Positions 10,831 through 22,157 of a DNA stretch of 64,000 bases are shown one piece after another (the first letter of the stretch is position 1; each line of letters begins with the position of its first letter). The notes beneath the pieces were generated by a model. The model was not told the origin of the DNA and made no database searches. It was given only the letters and a program-made list of their open reading frames with translations. The position numbers were made by a program, and so were the translations under genes. The stretch spans positions 248,001 through 312,000 of the forward strand of contig CP120459.1 in NCBI GenBank assembly GCA_034226945.1, written 5' to 3'. The DNA is from Picochlorum sp. SENEW3. Taxonomy: Eukaryota.

Positions 10831-12942
10831 ATGCCTCAGAGGAATTCGAGGTAGGTGATTCTGCGTCGGTGATGTGAAACGTGATTTCCTGAATGCCAAG
10901 AGAGAAGTCAGTCAGTCTCACATTGTATATATATATCCTTTTGTAGGGAGGACTGGGGAGGCCCATCACGATACAATCATAGCAGGGAACGAGATGTGCG
11001 TAGAGCACGGTTGCGTGAGGAGGAGATAGAGGCAGAGTTGGATGATTATCTGTTAGAGGAGTCGTCCTCGCCGAGATTGAGGGAACCACATAGCCGACGA
11101 GAGGAGCGGTATTTTGGAAATTCACCACATAGAAAGACGTTTAGATACAGTGAGGACAGAAAGCGTGAGCGGAGTAGTAGGCATGGGGGCAGATCAGAAT
11201 CTTCAGAATGGAGAGAGTATGGCTCCCCTCAACGAAGAACAGACAAAGCTCGTTCCAAAACAGATGCTGCTTTAGAGATCGCAGCGCGATTGAATAAGAA
11301 GTATGAGGGGAAGCCTTCTCGCTCAATATCTCCTCGTCGGAGGTCGTCCCATCATAGATGGCAAGATAGCCGCAGCCCCAGCCCCAGAAGGAAGAGGCGG
11401 TATAGGAGTTCATCTAGATCTTCATCGAGAAGTCCTTCGAGGCGCTATTCATACGACAGAAGAAAAAGTGGACGTAAAGATAGAGATTGGGATAGGTCAC
11501 ATGAAAATCGTGGGAGGCGATTTAGCCATAGTGATGACAATCGAAGCAAACAGTACGGCAGGCATCGACGGAGCGGGGAGTATCATGCGGACAAGCCAGA
11601 TGATGCATTCATGTCTGTGCCTCCTCCCCCTCCTCCTCCTCCAGTGGTGCCACCTCCACCATTGGAAGAATATCCAAGGTCTCCAGATATCACTGACCGG
11701 TTGGAGTATCTTGCAACTTCTCAGGATGTCGCGTTTGACCATGCAAAAGGCATTGATGATGTTGAGCTCTTCCAATTTAGATTAAGTCAGATGGAACTTG
11801 ATTTGCTAGGTCCGAAACCAAAGTCATGGGAGGAACAGGAAGAGCAGTGCAGGCTCCTGGTCCTACGATACGGGCTTCGAGGCGCAGAGGATGACGACAA
11901 GGAGCCATTTTCCAGTGATGAGTTCAAAGAGTACTTTTCACGTCCTGGTCGTACAGGGGAGGAGATTCCATACGAGCAGCGGTCTCCTATAGAAGACCCA
12001 AGACGTCAATTCACCAAGGAGTATGAGTTCATGACGGCATGGGCCGGGAAACCTCGACCGTTACCAGGCTTTGTGAATGATACTGTGTTTAAGCAGCAAA
12101 ATGGTGATCAAAGCCCCACACTTTCTTGGTCTACAAGCCCAGCGAGAGCAGGCAGTCCTGCAAAACAAAAGACACAGAGGCCTGAACCAAAGCCCCAAAC
12201 AAAAATATCCATGTCGAATCGACCTTCTACAGGTGGTAAAAATGCCTCTGTTCCACGAGATTTGAACATGATGGATGGAAAGCATTCCACCATGGAATTA
12301 GAGGAGGGTTACTTTTGTGTCAAACTTCTCAACGGGCAGGATGTTATGCTTCAATATGATGAGATTGTGGATCTCATTAAAAAGGGCTCTCTACCAGATG
12401 ACTGGCCAGCGTTTCGTGAATCTGATTCCTTATGGATTGCTGTCTCAGCAAAGGATGATCAAGCAGCTGACTTGCAACGACATGACAATGCAGCTCAGGA
12501 AAACAAACCAGCACTTGGCAAATCCATCTGGCTATCAGCCAAGAAAGCCACCCCTGATATTCGCCAAATCAAGTCATGGTTCCAAGACGCGGCCAAACAA
12601 GCCAATCGAGCCCTCGCGTCCCGCGGGGGTGCCACGCTGCAATTGCAGTATACTCGGAGCTCCCTCATGGATTGTAGACGCCTCACCCAACAGGCTCCGA
12701 CTCAAGAGTTTGAGTTCGAAAACGAATCAAAGTTGGCATCTGAAAGTATCAATCATCAGCAGAGGATTGTCAAATTAAGAAGATCAGCAAGAATTCGGGC
12801 TAGACAACCGAGAAAAGTCAGTCCCTCCACGCTAGCAATGATCAAGGGACACATTCTGATGGATCGAACCAAGCTCAAAGAAATCGGCACAGTCGCGCTA
12901 CAAAGGGCTATAAAAGCGTTCAAAGAACGACAAAACAAATAA
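10831..12942 (+). CDS. RS-rich nuclear protein with poly-Pro and a GYF-like domain; intron 10851-10946
   Basis: Long RS/SR-rich tract, PPPPPPP, and EEGYFCVKLLNG...EIVDLIKKGSLPDDWPAFRESDSLW resembling a GYF fold. Confidence 0.7.
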
Positions 12943-12987
12943 TAATTCTATGGTGTTACATTGTTTGTAAAACAACTAGATATCTGT

Positions 12988-13813
12988 TTACTTTCTGTTT
13001 CTACCATCCCTTCCCTGAACTGCCACACCAGGAAGCTGAGCCATGTTCATGGATCTCAACATATCCATGGTATCTTTATCTACTTCAATATTGTCGAGGT
13101 TAATGGCAGACTGGTCTGGGATGAAGTCCATACGGCGTTCACGCTCCTCCTCCTGGAGCTTCAAAGAAATACCGCGCACTGGTCCACGCTGGATACGCTT
13201 CATCAAGTGTGTTGTGAATCCAGCAATCTTATTTCTCAGACGCTTTGACTGAATGATGGCAACCTCCTCAGCAACACGCTTGTTGGTATCAAAGTCAAGA
13301 GTGAGACGGTTATAGTATTTCTCAATAATAACCCTAGAGGCCTTCTTCACAGTCTTGGTTCTAACGCGACCTGCACACAAATAGATTATGAAACGTCAGA
13401 AGAGCACCAGGATCGAATGGAGTCCAATAATTGCTCTAGAAAACTCGTTCGTTCTCCACATCCCTCTCTCGCAAGAAGGGGAGGAGCACCCACTCCAGCT
13501 CCAACCACATTTCCCTACCATACGGCCGCCACAAATACGATATATAACAAAATCATGGCATTAAACCAAACAGAGATCCGATGCAGGCACCAGGCCGTCT
13601 CCTCATTGACGCCGACGGACGGCGGCAGCCATGAGACTGACACCATGACAGCACCACGAACACCAGTCTCGCCCCATTAAGTGTATACAATGTTCAAAAA
13701 TACCCCAATCCACGCATGTATCTGATTCGTTGGTGCACCAAAGATGCCTTTCCGACGAAAGACTCTTGCCTTGCACACGACTCCCTTCGTCTGCTATGCA
13801 GTAACGTACCCAT
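12988..13813 (-). CDS. RPS17: 40S ribosomal protein S17; exon 1 = ATGG (13813-13810), intron 13371-13809
   Basis: [20 protein letters not shown]...[35 protein letters not shown]. The phase-1 acceptor at 13371 matches ATGG|GTACGT at 13813. Confidence 0.95.
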
Positions 13814-14099
13814 TGTGACACTTTTTCAGCTTGGCAGAAAATTAATAAATGTAATGTATGAAAATCAGCGTGGTCAGAGGAGCCTTGATGAATGCAGTGG
13901 ATGTCTACAAGCGCCAATGTGTATGTTTCATCTAGTCCCGGTGAAACAGAGTCATTGACCGGATCCTTGGAAATACCACGTCAGAGTTGAAATACAACGG
14001 TATACGTGTGCCTGGTGTCCATGTCGGCATCCAGATCATTAGATTAATACAAATCTTTAATGTTCTAGTGTTAGGAGAGCTTCTGTCGTGTCCGTATGT

Positions 14100-17000
14100 A
14101 TGGGTGAGAAGGAGAAGGATTTCAAAAGTTTTGTTCCTGAGGAGTATGAGCAGGACAAGAGGAGGGCATGTGCGTCTTTATTGTGCTTATAAATGCGGAA
14201 TGGTCGTATCGAATGGTATATATGTATGTTTTTGTATGCAGATGAAAGCCTATTGGGGATTGCAGACGCTCTTTCAAGTGGAAGCAGTGAGGAAGGCCTT
14301 GGGCAAGGAAACACCACGACACTGGAGGTGAGACAGCGGCATGGCTCAATAGCACATGACAAGCATCGTCGCAAGAGGAGAAGGCGAAGAGAGAAGAGCA
14401 GTAGTAGTAGTGACCGGAAATGGATACGAAAGGAGAGGCAGAGATTGATTGAGGCAGAGAAAATGGCAGGGCCAGGCAAAAGACTGAGGCAGGCATTAGT
14501 GTTACAGGATGAATCCGATCTGACGAATTTTATAGAAGACTATAAGGGGGATTGGGGGAATATTGCGTTCGAGAAAATGCTTGATTCTGATGTGCCTCGG
14601 TACAGGAGGAGTGTATTGAATGTGAGAGGAAGAGATTCTTCTGTGGTGAAGAGTGGTGGGATGAACCAACAGAATGATGGTTGGAGGCGATGGATTGATG
14701 TGCATGATGGTATAGAATCAACTGCATGTGATATAAAATCGTCACATGGTGTCATAGATTCCGTTGACGCATTTATTCCGATTGCTTCCAAGGAGGAGAC
14801 TCATGGTCATCCGCAAGGGGACTACCAGGGGCACTTGATCGAAAGGACCAGGGACTTTAATACTAAAACGCGGGATCATCCTCATGATATTCAACTATGG
14901 CTTGATTTCGCCGCTTTTCAGACAGAGACGGCAGACATTTTGAGGTCTGCTGGAGTACACGTATCAAAGCAGAGTTATTGGGAGAAGAGGCTGGAGGTGC
15001 TGGAGAGGGCATTGCAATGCAATCCAGGATCCAATATCTTGACATTAGAGATGCTTCATATTGCAGAAAAAGTGAAAACACCTGATGAAGTGAACCGCCT
15101 TTGGAGGAGTGCCTTGATGTCTGCAACTGGAGCCAGTAGCATGTCTTTGTGGGAGTCGTTTCTAGAGAGACAGAGAAAGCATGAAAATTTTAATGCCATT
15201 GTCATGAGCAAGTGCTATTTGGCTGCAGTGACGATATTTCGTAGAGAATTTGAGAGGGAAGAGGATCTGGTGAGTATTCTGATTGACTGCATCAGATTTC
15301 ATCTGGAATGTGGCTTTATTGGCATGGGGATTGCTATGATCCAAGTGCTGCTCGAATATAATGTATTCTATCCGGAAGAAGTTGAGCATCAGGGCTTGGA
15401 ACAGTGCTTTGAGGAATTTTGGAATAGTTCATGTCCATTGATAGGCAGTGAGAATGCACCAGGCTGGAACAGGTGGCATAGGTCTGGGTGTGAGGTCGAA
15501 GAGCCATCGCACAAAGTGGACAGAGATGATAATGCATCTTTCGATGGTGATGATGACATCATAGGCAAAGAATTTGATAAAAAAGCTGATACATTGGAGG
15601 ATGAGCCAACCTTTGAAGACATTGAACGTTGGATCACAATGGAGATGTACAAGGACAGCAATGCTGCTTCGAGCGACTCGATCTCTTCAAAGGTAGCATG
15701 GGAAGATATAAGACCATTTACAGTGTTTTTGAAAGATTCGCATTCAATAATGACCATACTGGCAAAGTGTATGGGGTACCTTGGCCTGCAACATGTCTCC
15801 TTCATGCAACATGCCCAAGTCTGCCAGGAACAATCTGACTTGTCCTTATTTGAGATGTACTGCACACCAAAGATGCTTCGACTGCTTTCATCACATGATA
15901 CAATACTGGATGGATTCTCCGGCGGAGGGGAAAATATCCTGCACGGGGTTTTGCCATGGTGGGCAAAGAGTCCTGAGAGGCAGGAATTTGCAGTCAGATT
16001 ATTGACTGACATTGCAGGTAAATTACAAGGTCCAATACGTGGTATTTTGATGGAGATGAGTATTAAAATTCAGTTGTATGATGCAACGAGGGGGGTATTC
16101 TCTGATGCAAATTTGCAAAAGGCTCTTTCATTTGCCAAAATGGTCTTGTCCCAACAGTATGATGGCATTTTGTCACTCTGGGGAGAGTATGCGTTCCTAT
16201 CTTCCCTGGACTCTGGAGGGACTTCAAAAATGGCAAATAAAATTTTCAAAAAATGCATGTCGCAACAGCGATCGGAGGACGGTTTGTACGATGCAGCCAG
16301 ATTGTGCCATGCACATGTCAAATGCCAGCTGCTGCGCCAAGGCTTGAAATGGAGCATTCTGGGTTCCGAACTCATGTACCCCGCTTGCACAGCCTACATG
16401 GACAAAGATCATGCAAATAATTCGATAAAGGCATTTTTTTGGTTCGCAGGACAAATCCATCAGGCGGATATGAGACAGGCCATTGTGCATTCTAGAACGG
16501 TATTCCAAGGTCTCATACCACAGTTCATGGACAATCACACAAAGTTGGCCGCACTCATTCAGACATTCGTTGCGTTCGAAATTCTCTCTGGTATCGTCGA
16601 AGATGGCCACCCTCGTCTTGACCACGCATTGAGCATCATGCACCAGGTGATGATGGACTTGGAAAGGAAGCGCATCTTGGAAACAGAAAAGCCTACAATT
16701 CAGGATCCCATGTCATTGCACATTTTGGCGGTACAGCAGTGCGTTCTGGCTTGGATCACATGCGAGATGTCACCCCTCGCCTTGTCCCCTGCGGAGGCAC
16801 GAGAGATGGTTCTACGTATGCTGGAGGTTTGGCCGGGCAGCCCACTACTCCTGACCTCGCTATCCATGATGGAGGAACGATTCAATAATATCAACACGCT
16901 TCGCCGCGAACTTCGCTTACTTGCCACACAGAGCTCTATGCAGATACATGAGCACATCTCACTCATAGCATTGGAAGAAACTAGCCCATTTCCAAAAGCA

Positions 17001-17363
17001 CGCATTGTTTTTGAAAAAGCCCTCCAGCAGGAGCCCTGCAGGGCATGTCCAATCATTTGGAGATTATACATGCGCAAAGCAAGCTTTGAATATTCTCACA
17101 GCATTGTGGATATTTTCTTTAGAGCAGTCGATGCCTGTCCGTGGTCAAAATCGGTATGGATGGAAGGGATATCTCTCATGACACGGTGCACTGCATACCC
17201 ACCCAAGTCACTCATGGAGACCATCCAAGCACTACGGTATGTTTGTTTGTTGAGCGTATCTGTCGATAGATGGTCGGCAATTGAACTATGCTGACGGCCT
17301 CTATGTACATGTAGGGAGAAAGATATCCCGTGGAGCACCGAAGTGTACGAAATCTTGCTCTGA
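14100..17363 (+). CDS. NRDE2: NRDE2-like nuclear exosome/RNAi regulator (HAT repeats); introns 14170-14241 and 17237-17314
   Basis: RTRDFNTKTRDHPHDIQLWLDF, EKRLEVLERAL, FFRAVDACPWSKSVW, and spliced end REKDIPWSTEVYEILL*. Confidence 0.85.
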
Positions 17364-17800
17364 TACTTGACCATTCATAGGTAGCTTCCCTTCCAGCATC
17401 TGGGTACTCCCCAGAAGAGGCTGCGGTCAGACAGCGCCACGTGGCCCACAGGGGAATCATCGATCACTTTTGCACGTGGACTCCAACAACTCTACATCTC
17501 CGAGTGAAAAGATTGTTTCTTTTGCTGTTTAATGTTTCTTTTTCGCCAATACTTTCCATTATACCTTGTTATTTGCAACACGCCGGTGTAAACGTTCGAA
17601 AATACGGCCCTTGCCTTTGAATACGTTGAGCAGGACTGCTGTCGATACAACATCTCTAGCAAAGATTTCTAGCCTACAAGACAGTTCTCGACTAATTTAA
17701 GGCAATAAAGACCAGTATTACACCAGTCTAACGCAGAGGAGTTCAGAGGGCGAGTCATGTGCACCCACGTTGTCCAGTTGCGATACTAACGTATTCCACC

Positions 17801-19123
17801 ATGGTATATACCTATACGATTTTGTTTTTCCTTATTTTGGGCATTGATGTGGCCCTCGGGGTGTCAGGTATGTGTTTGAAAGATATTGTATTCGTGGAAC
17901 TCTCCCGAGGAAGAAGCTGACGTGGGCCTCACACTGCTATATTGGTGATGATGCAGTTGTCTGCCCCAGGTACACAGTCAAACCTGGAGATACGTTGCAG
18001 TCCATCTCTTTAGAGGTTTCAGTGCCCACAGGTACGGTGAAAAATATGCATTAGTCGAGTCACATGTATGGAAGCAGCATGCCGTAATGATACATATCCC
18101 AACATCATTGCAGATTTGATTGCTCAATCGATCGAAGCATGCGGAGGTAGAGCATCTCCCTTACAGATGGGCACTATATGTCTTCCAGGGGGCGAGTACA
18201 AGGGCTGTTCGCACGTGGGAAATTTCCGAGACAATGACAACTGTGCCTACTATGTCATCCAGAATGGGGATATTGTGGATACTGTCGCATCATCTCTGCG
18301 AATATATCTCCCAGAGTTGAAAAATGTGAACCAGGAGATTGATTTCATATCTCTTGTGGTTGGGGATTTAATAAAGCTCCCTCCATGGGACGATGCAATC
18401 TGTGGCACAGATTTCCCAAAGACAGAACAGCAGCTGGTCAACCTGCCACCAGCTCCACCGCCCCCACCCGCACAGAATGCCCCATCCTCTGTAGTAGGAC
18501 AAAGCGATGATGAAAATGTCGTATGTGATGCATATAGATTCCGCGCAAACGATACTATTTTCAGCGTGGCATCCACATTTAGTATACCAGTCCGGGTGCT
18601 CATGGAATATAATCCAGACATTGCTGGAGGGGCTCCAGTTGTTGAGGGAACAATCATCAAATTGACGGACAAAGAAAATTGTGACGAATATAATATCCAG
18701 GATGGACTATCGACGATCGAGTCTTTCCTGGGAATGAGCCCTCCTCCGCCCCCTCCAGTTCCTACAGGCCCAGTGAGAGTTGGCGCCATCTCTGAGGACA
18801 ACCCCATGACATTTGAAGAGACAAACTCGACAACGTTGACGTCTCCTGACCCAATTGACGTTCCAGAAACAGGGAAGAAAGAAGGACCCATCAGAGAATG
18901 GACCATTGTCCAAAATATAGTTTCAGATGCCCCTGCACCAGTAGAGGAAAATACAGATGCAAGCTCTGGCCCCGGCATTGGGGTGTACATTATGATTGGC
19001 TTCTTGGCAGCCATAGTAATCATCGTTCTCATCAGTATGACAATAGCTATATCAAATTCAAAGAAAAGGCACGGCATGGAGGACACTGTTCCACAAGATG
19101 CCTCAAAATATCCTCCTGTCTAA
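17801..19123 (+). CDS. Single-pass membrane protein with three LysM domains and a Pro-rich stalk; introns 17868-17956 and 18032-18113
   Basis: Signal peptide, three LysM-like repeats (CPRYTVKPGDTLQSIS, CAYYVIQNGDIVDTVA, CDAYRFRANDTIFSVA), TM IGVYIMIGFLAAIVIIVLISMTIAI, short cytosolic tail. Confidence 0.85.
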
Positions 19124-19325
19124 GCTGAGCATGCTTGTTGTTTGTGTCATCCTTGTGTTTGCTTGAGCGCTTCTCAGCTTTTTTACATACCAAGTCTTGT
19201 GTAACTATGTTTGCTTCCTTCTAGTCGATCCAAATGGTCTGCTCCTCAGATCCAGCACATCAATCAAGCTATAGCTGTACAAAGAGTGGAGAGCTGTTTC
19301 GAAAGAAAGGAGAACGGAATTGAAA

Positions 19326-20166
19326 ATGCCTGTCATGCGTATGGGAGTACATATGGCGTCGTCCTCTACCTCCAATGCCACTAGCAGTGGTCATATGAAT
19401 ACGACAGAGTTATTATTGCTCCCTGAGGGGCAATGCGGTACTCTGAAACAGACGAGGGAGTGTGCTCATGGAAAAATTGTCAAAATAGTTCAGAAAACTG
19501 AGTGGTAGGTGTATGCACGCCAATGACAGTAAAAGCAGATGGATATTATTGTTTATGTCGTGCATTTGCAGGGACTGTGGGCTCTGTTGTGTGTATTCTG
19601 TCTTGTGTCGAGCTTGGCAGGGTCGTGGACACCCAGTAACGCGGGCGAGATTGCGTAGCATAGAGGCTCGTGTTCCTCAACGAAGCCTATGGACGATAGA
19701 ACTGGTGCTCCTATTGTTTGAGAATGGGGTCAAGGACGTGTGCTTCACAACCTCGTGTGTAGGGGTGAACTCAGAGTACAAGAGTTGTTTGGATTTTTAT
19801 GCTAGTGGGACAGATGAGGAGATTATAGAAAAGTCATTTGATATAGCCCGATCAAAAGGTGTATCGATACAGAAGATGGTGGTTGAAGATGGCAAGTTGG
19901 AGTCAATATTATTGCTCGGAGAGCATCTTGTGATTATTCTGTTGGACAAGGTTGTCTTGGATATGGATCCTGGGGAGCTCCCCTCGGGTTCGTACGTGGG
20001 TCACTACGTGTTATTGTATGGTTATAATTCTGATAGAGGGGTTTTTTATGCAAAAGATCCTGCAACAGCAGACGAATATGATGAGATACCTAGGGATGTG
20101 TTGCATTCAGCCAGGAAGCGGTTTGGGACTGATGATGATGTGATATTTATTCCTGTCGACTCGTGA
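19326..20166 (+). CDS. GUCD1: GUCD1 / AtGC1-like protein (C39 peptidase-like fold); intron 19505-19571
   Basis: Spliced QKTEWDCGLCCV, then SLWTIEL, YVGHYVLLYGY, KDPA and ARKRFGTDDD. Confidence 0.8.
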
Positions 20167-20179
20167 GAGTCTAGATTAC

Positions 20180-21703
20180 TTATTTAAAAAACTTTTGAAA
20201 TATACTTCCTAGTTTTGATAATGAAGATGTACTCTTTCCATTAAGTCGAGTCTGCTGCTGGTCATCTCCAGGTCCAGGAGGATTTGGGCAATTGCCCAGG
20301 CCATGTTCATCTGGTTTGATTGGAGAATGGAGGCTGCTCAGAGGGATGTTGAGTGGTTTGGGGGTTCTTTGGGCTAGTATCCATGTCTGAGATGGCAATT
20401 CTCCAGGTGTATCGAGAACACGGCTCACAGACGGCGTCTCTTCCCGTACCCTCGTGATGACGTCTCGCTGTTGCACTTGAGGTGTGTAGTATGCATGCTT
20501 GATGAGGTTCTTCGCCTCGTGAGACATCAATGATGACGAAGGAGGAGTCTGTTTTGCATAGAATTTCATGGATGTTTCTTTCATTGACTGTCTCCTCCGA
20601 TGCGGTGCTTGCTTCGCTGTCGCTGTGCGCAGGCGTTTGCATGCCAGTGTCATTGCCTCAATTGACTGGGTACGAGAGATGGCACACGCAATGGATGATG
20701 TGAAATCAGGAGTATCCCACTCTTTCCTGTTCGTCATGAACCACGCATGCTCTAAAAGTGTATCAACCGTAGCTCTGTCATTCGGACAAACGACCAGACA
20801 GCACTTGACGAAATCCCTAGCATGCGATGATGATGTCTCAAGCCATGATTTGAGTCTCATCGTGTCCTCATCCATTCTCGCACGTCTCTTCTTTGCCTGC
20901 ACTACCAGCGTATCATTCATGTCTTGACATGCAGGAGGTGTTTCTCCCATGCAGTTGATAATACTGGAAAGCACGTGAAGGTCTGTGTCTCCTGCAAAGG
21001 CAGGCCTCCCCGTCAACAGCTCTATCAGCAGACAGCCAATTGCCCACACATCTATGCTTGTATCATATGACGAGGACCTCAGCAACAGCTCAGGAGCTCT
21101 GTACCATCTAGTAGACACATAACGAGTCATCTCCTCGGATGCGTCATCACCGTCGCCCTGGCCTGCTCGGCATCCAGGCAAGGTTCCATACGGCTCTGGA
21201 CAATGCCGAGCAAACCCGAAATCACACAATCTGACCACACCGTGTTTATCGACGAGCACATTCTCAGGCTTGATATCTCGGTGCATAATATTCCGATCAT
21301 GCAGGTCTTTGACACCTAGAAGCAACTGCCACATGAGCCTCCTGGCACTCTTCTCATCCATCCCTCGGGGATGCTGCTGTATCAGCTGCAACAACGTCTT
21401 ATCAATCTGCTCGAACACAAGACATAGCTTCCCGCCTTTTGTGAAAAAATGGTCCAAAAGTTTCACAATATGTACGCATTGGGAATGCCCTGAAAGAAGT
21501 TGGACCATTGCTAATTCTCTATGACATTTGCTTCTTCTCTGGCAATCAACACCTGCACCAGCCTTTCGAAATTTCTTCACCGCAACGACACCATCACCAT
21601 CATCGGTATCCCATTGACTCTGATCCACTTGAATCCTACATTTATATACATTCCCGTAGGTACCTTGTCCAATCAAGGCAATTGGCTTGTAATATGCCTG
21701 CAT
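20180..21703 (-). CDS. CMGC kinase, CDKL-like (TxY activation loop)
   Basis: IGQGTYGNV, VAVKKF, HRDIKPEN, LCDFGFAR and MTRYVSTRWYRAPELL. Confidence 0.88.
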   Translation of the reverse strand: MQAYYKPIALIGQGTYGNVYKCRIQVDQSQWDTDDGDGVVAVKKFRKAGAGVDCQRRSKCHRELAMVQLLSGHSQCVHIVKLLDHFFTKGGKLCLVFEQIDKTLLQLIQQHPRGMDEKSARRLMWQLLLGVKDLHDRNIMHRDIKPENVLVDKHGVVRLCDFGFARHCPEPYGTLPGCRAGQGDGDDASEEMTRYVSTRWYRAPELLLRSSSYDTSIDVWAIGCLLIELLTGRPAFAGDTDLHVLSSIINCMGETPPACQDMNDTLVVQAKKRRARMDEDTMRLKSWLETSSSHARDFVKCCLVVCPNDRATVDTLLEHAWFMTNRKEWDTPDFTSSIACAISRTQSIEAMTLACKRLRTATAKQAPHRRRQSMKETSMKFYAKQTPPSSSLMSHEAKNLIKHAYYTPQVQQRDVITRVREETPSVSRVLDTPGELPSQTWILAQRTPKPLNIPLSSLHSPIKPDEHGLGNCPNPPGPGDDQQQTRLNGKSTSSLSKLGSIFQKFFK

Positions 21704-22157
21704 TCATCCAACAAGATGGTTAGTTGGTGGTTGGTTGATATTCAACTCGTAAACCGATGAATACGCACATCCATATGCCACAGAATGAGTCTATTGTGTG
21801 ATTATAGTATCCTAGAAGCAACAAATTTGGAAAAAATCGTTACAAGAGGGACAGGATCAAGACGGTGGTGGTCCCCTTTGTTTGTTCACACAGGTGGACT
21901 GAACTCATCTCATATTCTCTCCTGAGCCAGAAACAAGTACTGTTCCTGGCATTAATTGAATAAAATAATTGAAAAACTATTGATATGGGTCGCTTGGATC
22001 ATTGTATTGAGACGGTTGACCCGATATCATAGGACCATCGTCGATGGTCAACCGTCGGTCGAGGCGCCCCCGTTGGTGGAGGTGGACGTCGGTGTCCCAT
22101 TGAAGAATCCTCTGCTCTGGTGATCACTACGTTACAACAATTACTATCGATACTTAA

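Noticed and set aside
13371..13809. Box C/D snoRNA in the RPS17 intron
   Set aside because: No UGAUGA box C on the transcribed strand; H/ACA evidence is unconvincing by eye.
19326..20166. True guanylyl cyclase activity for the GUCD1-like gene
   Set aside because: The sequence shows Cys/His/Asp peptidase-like motifs rather than a class III cyclase domain; the family name alone is not evidence of activity.
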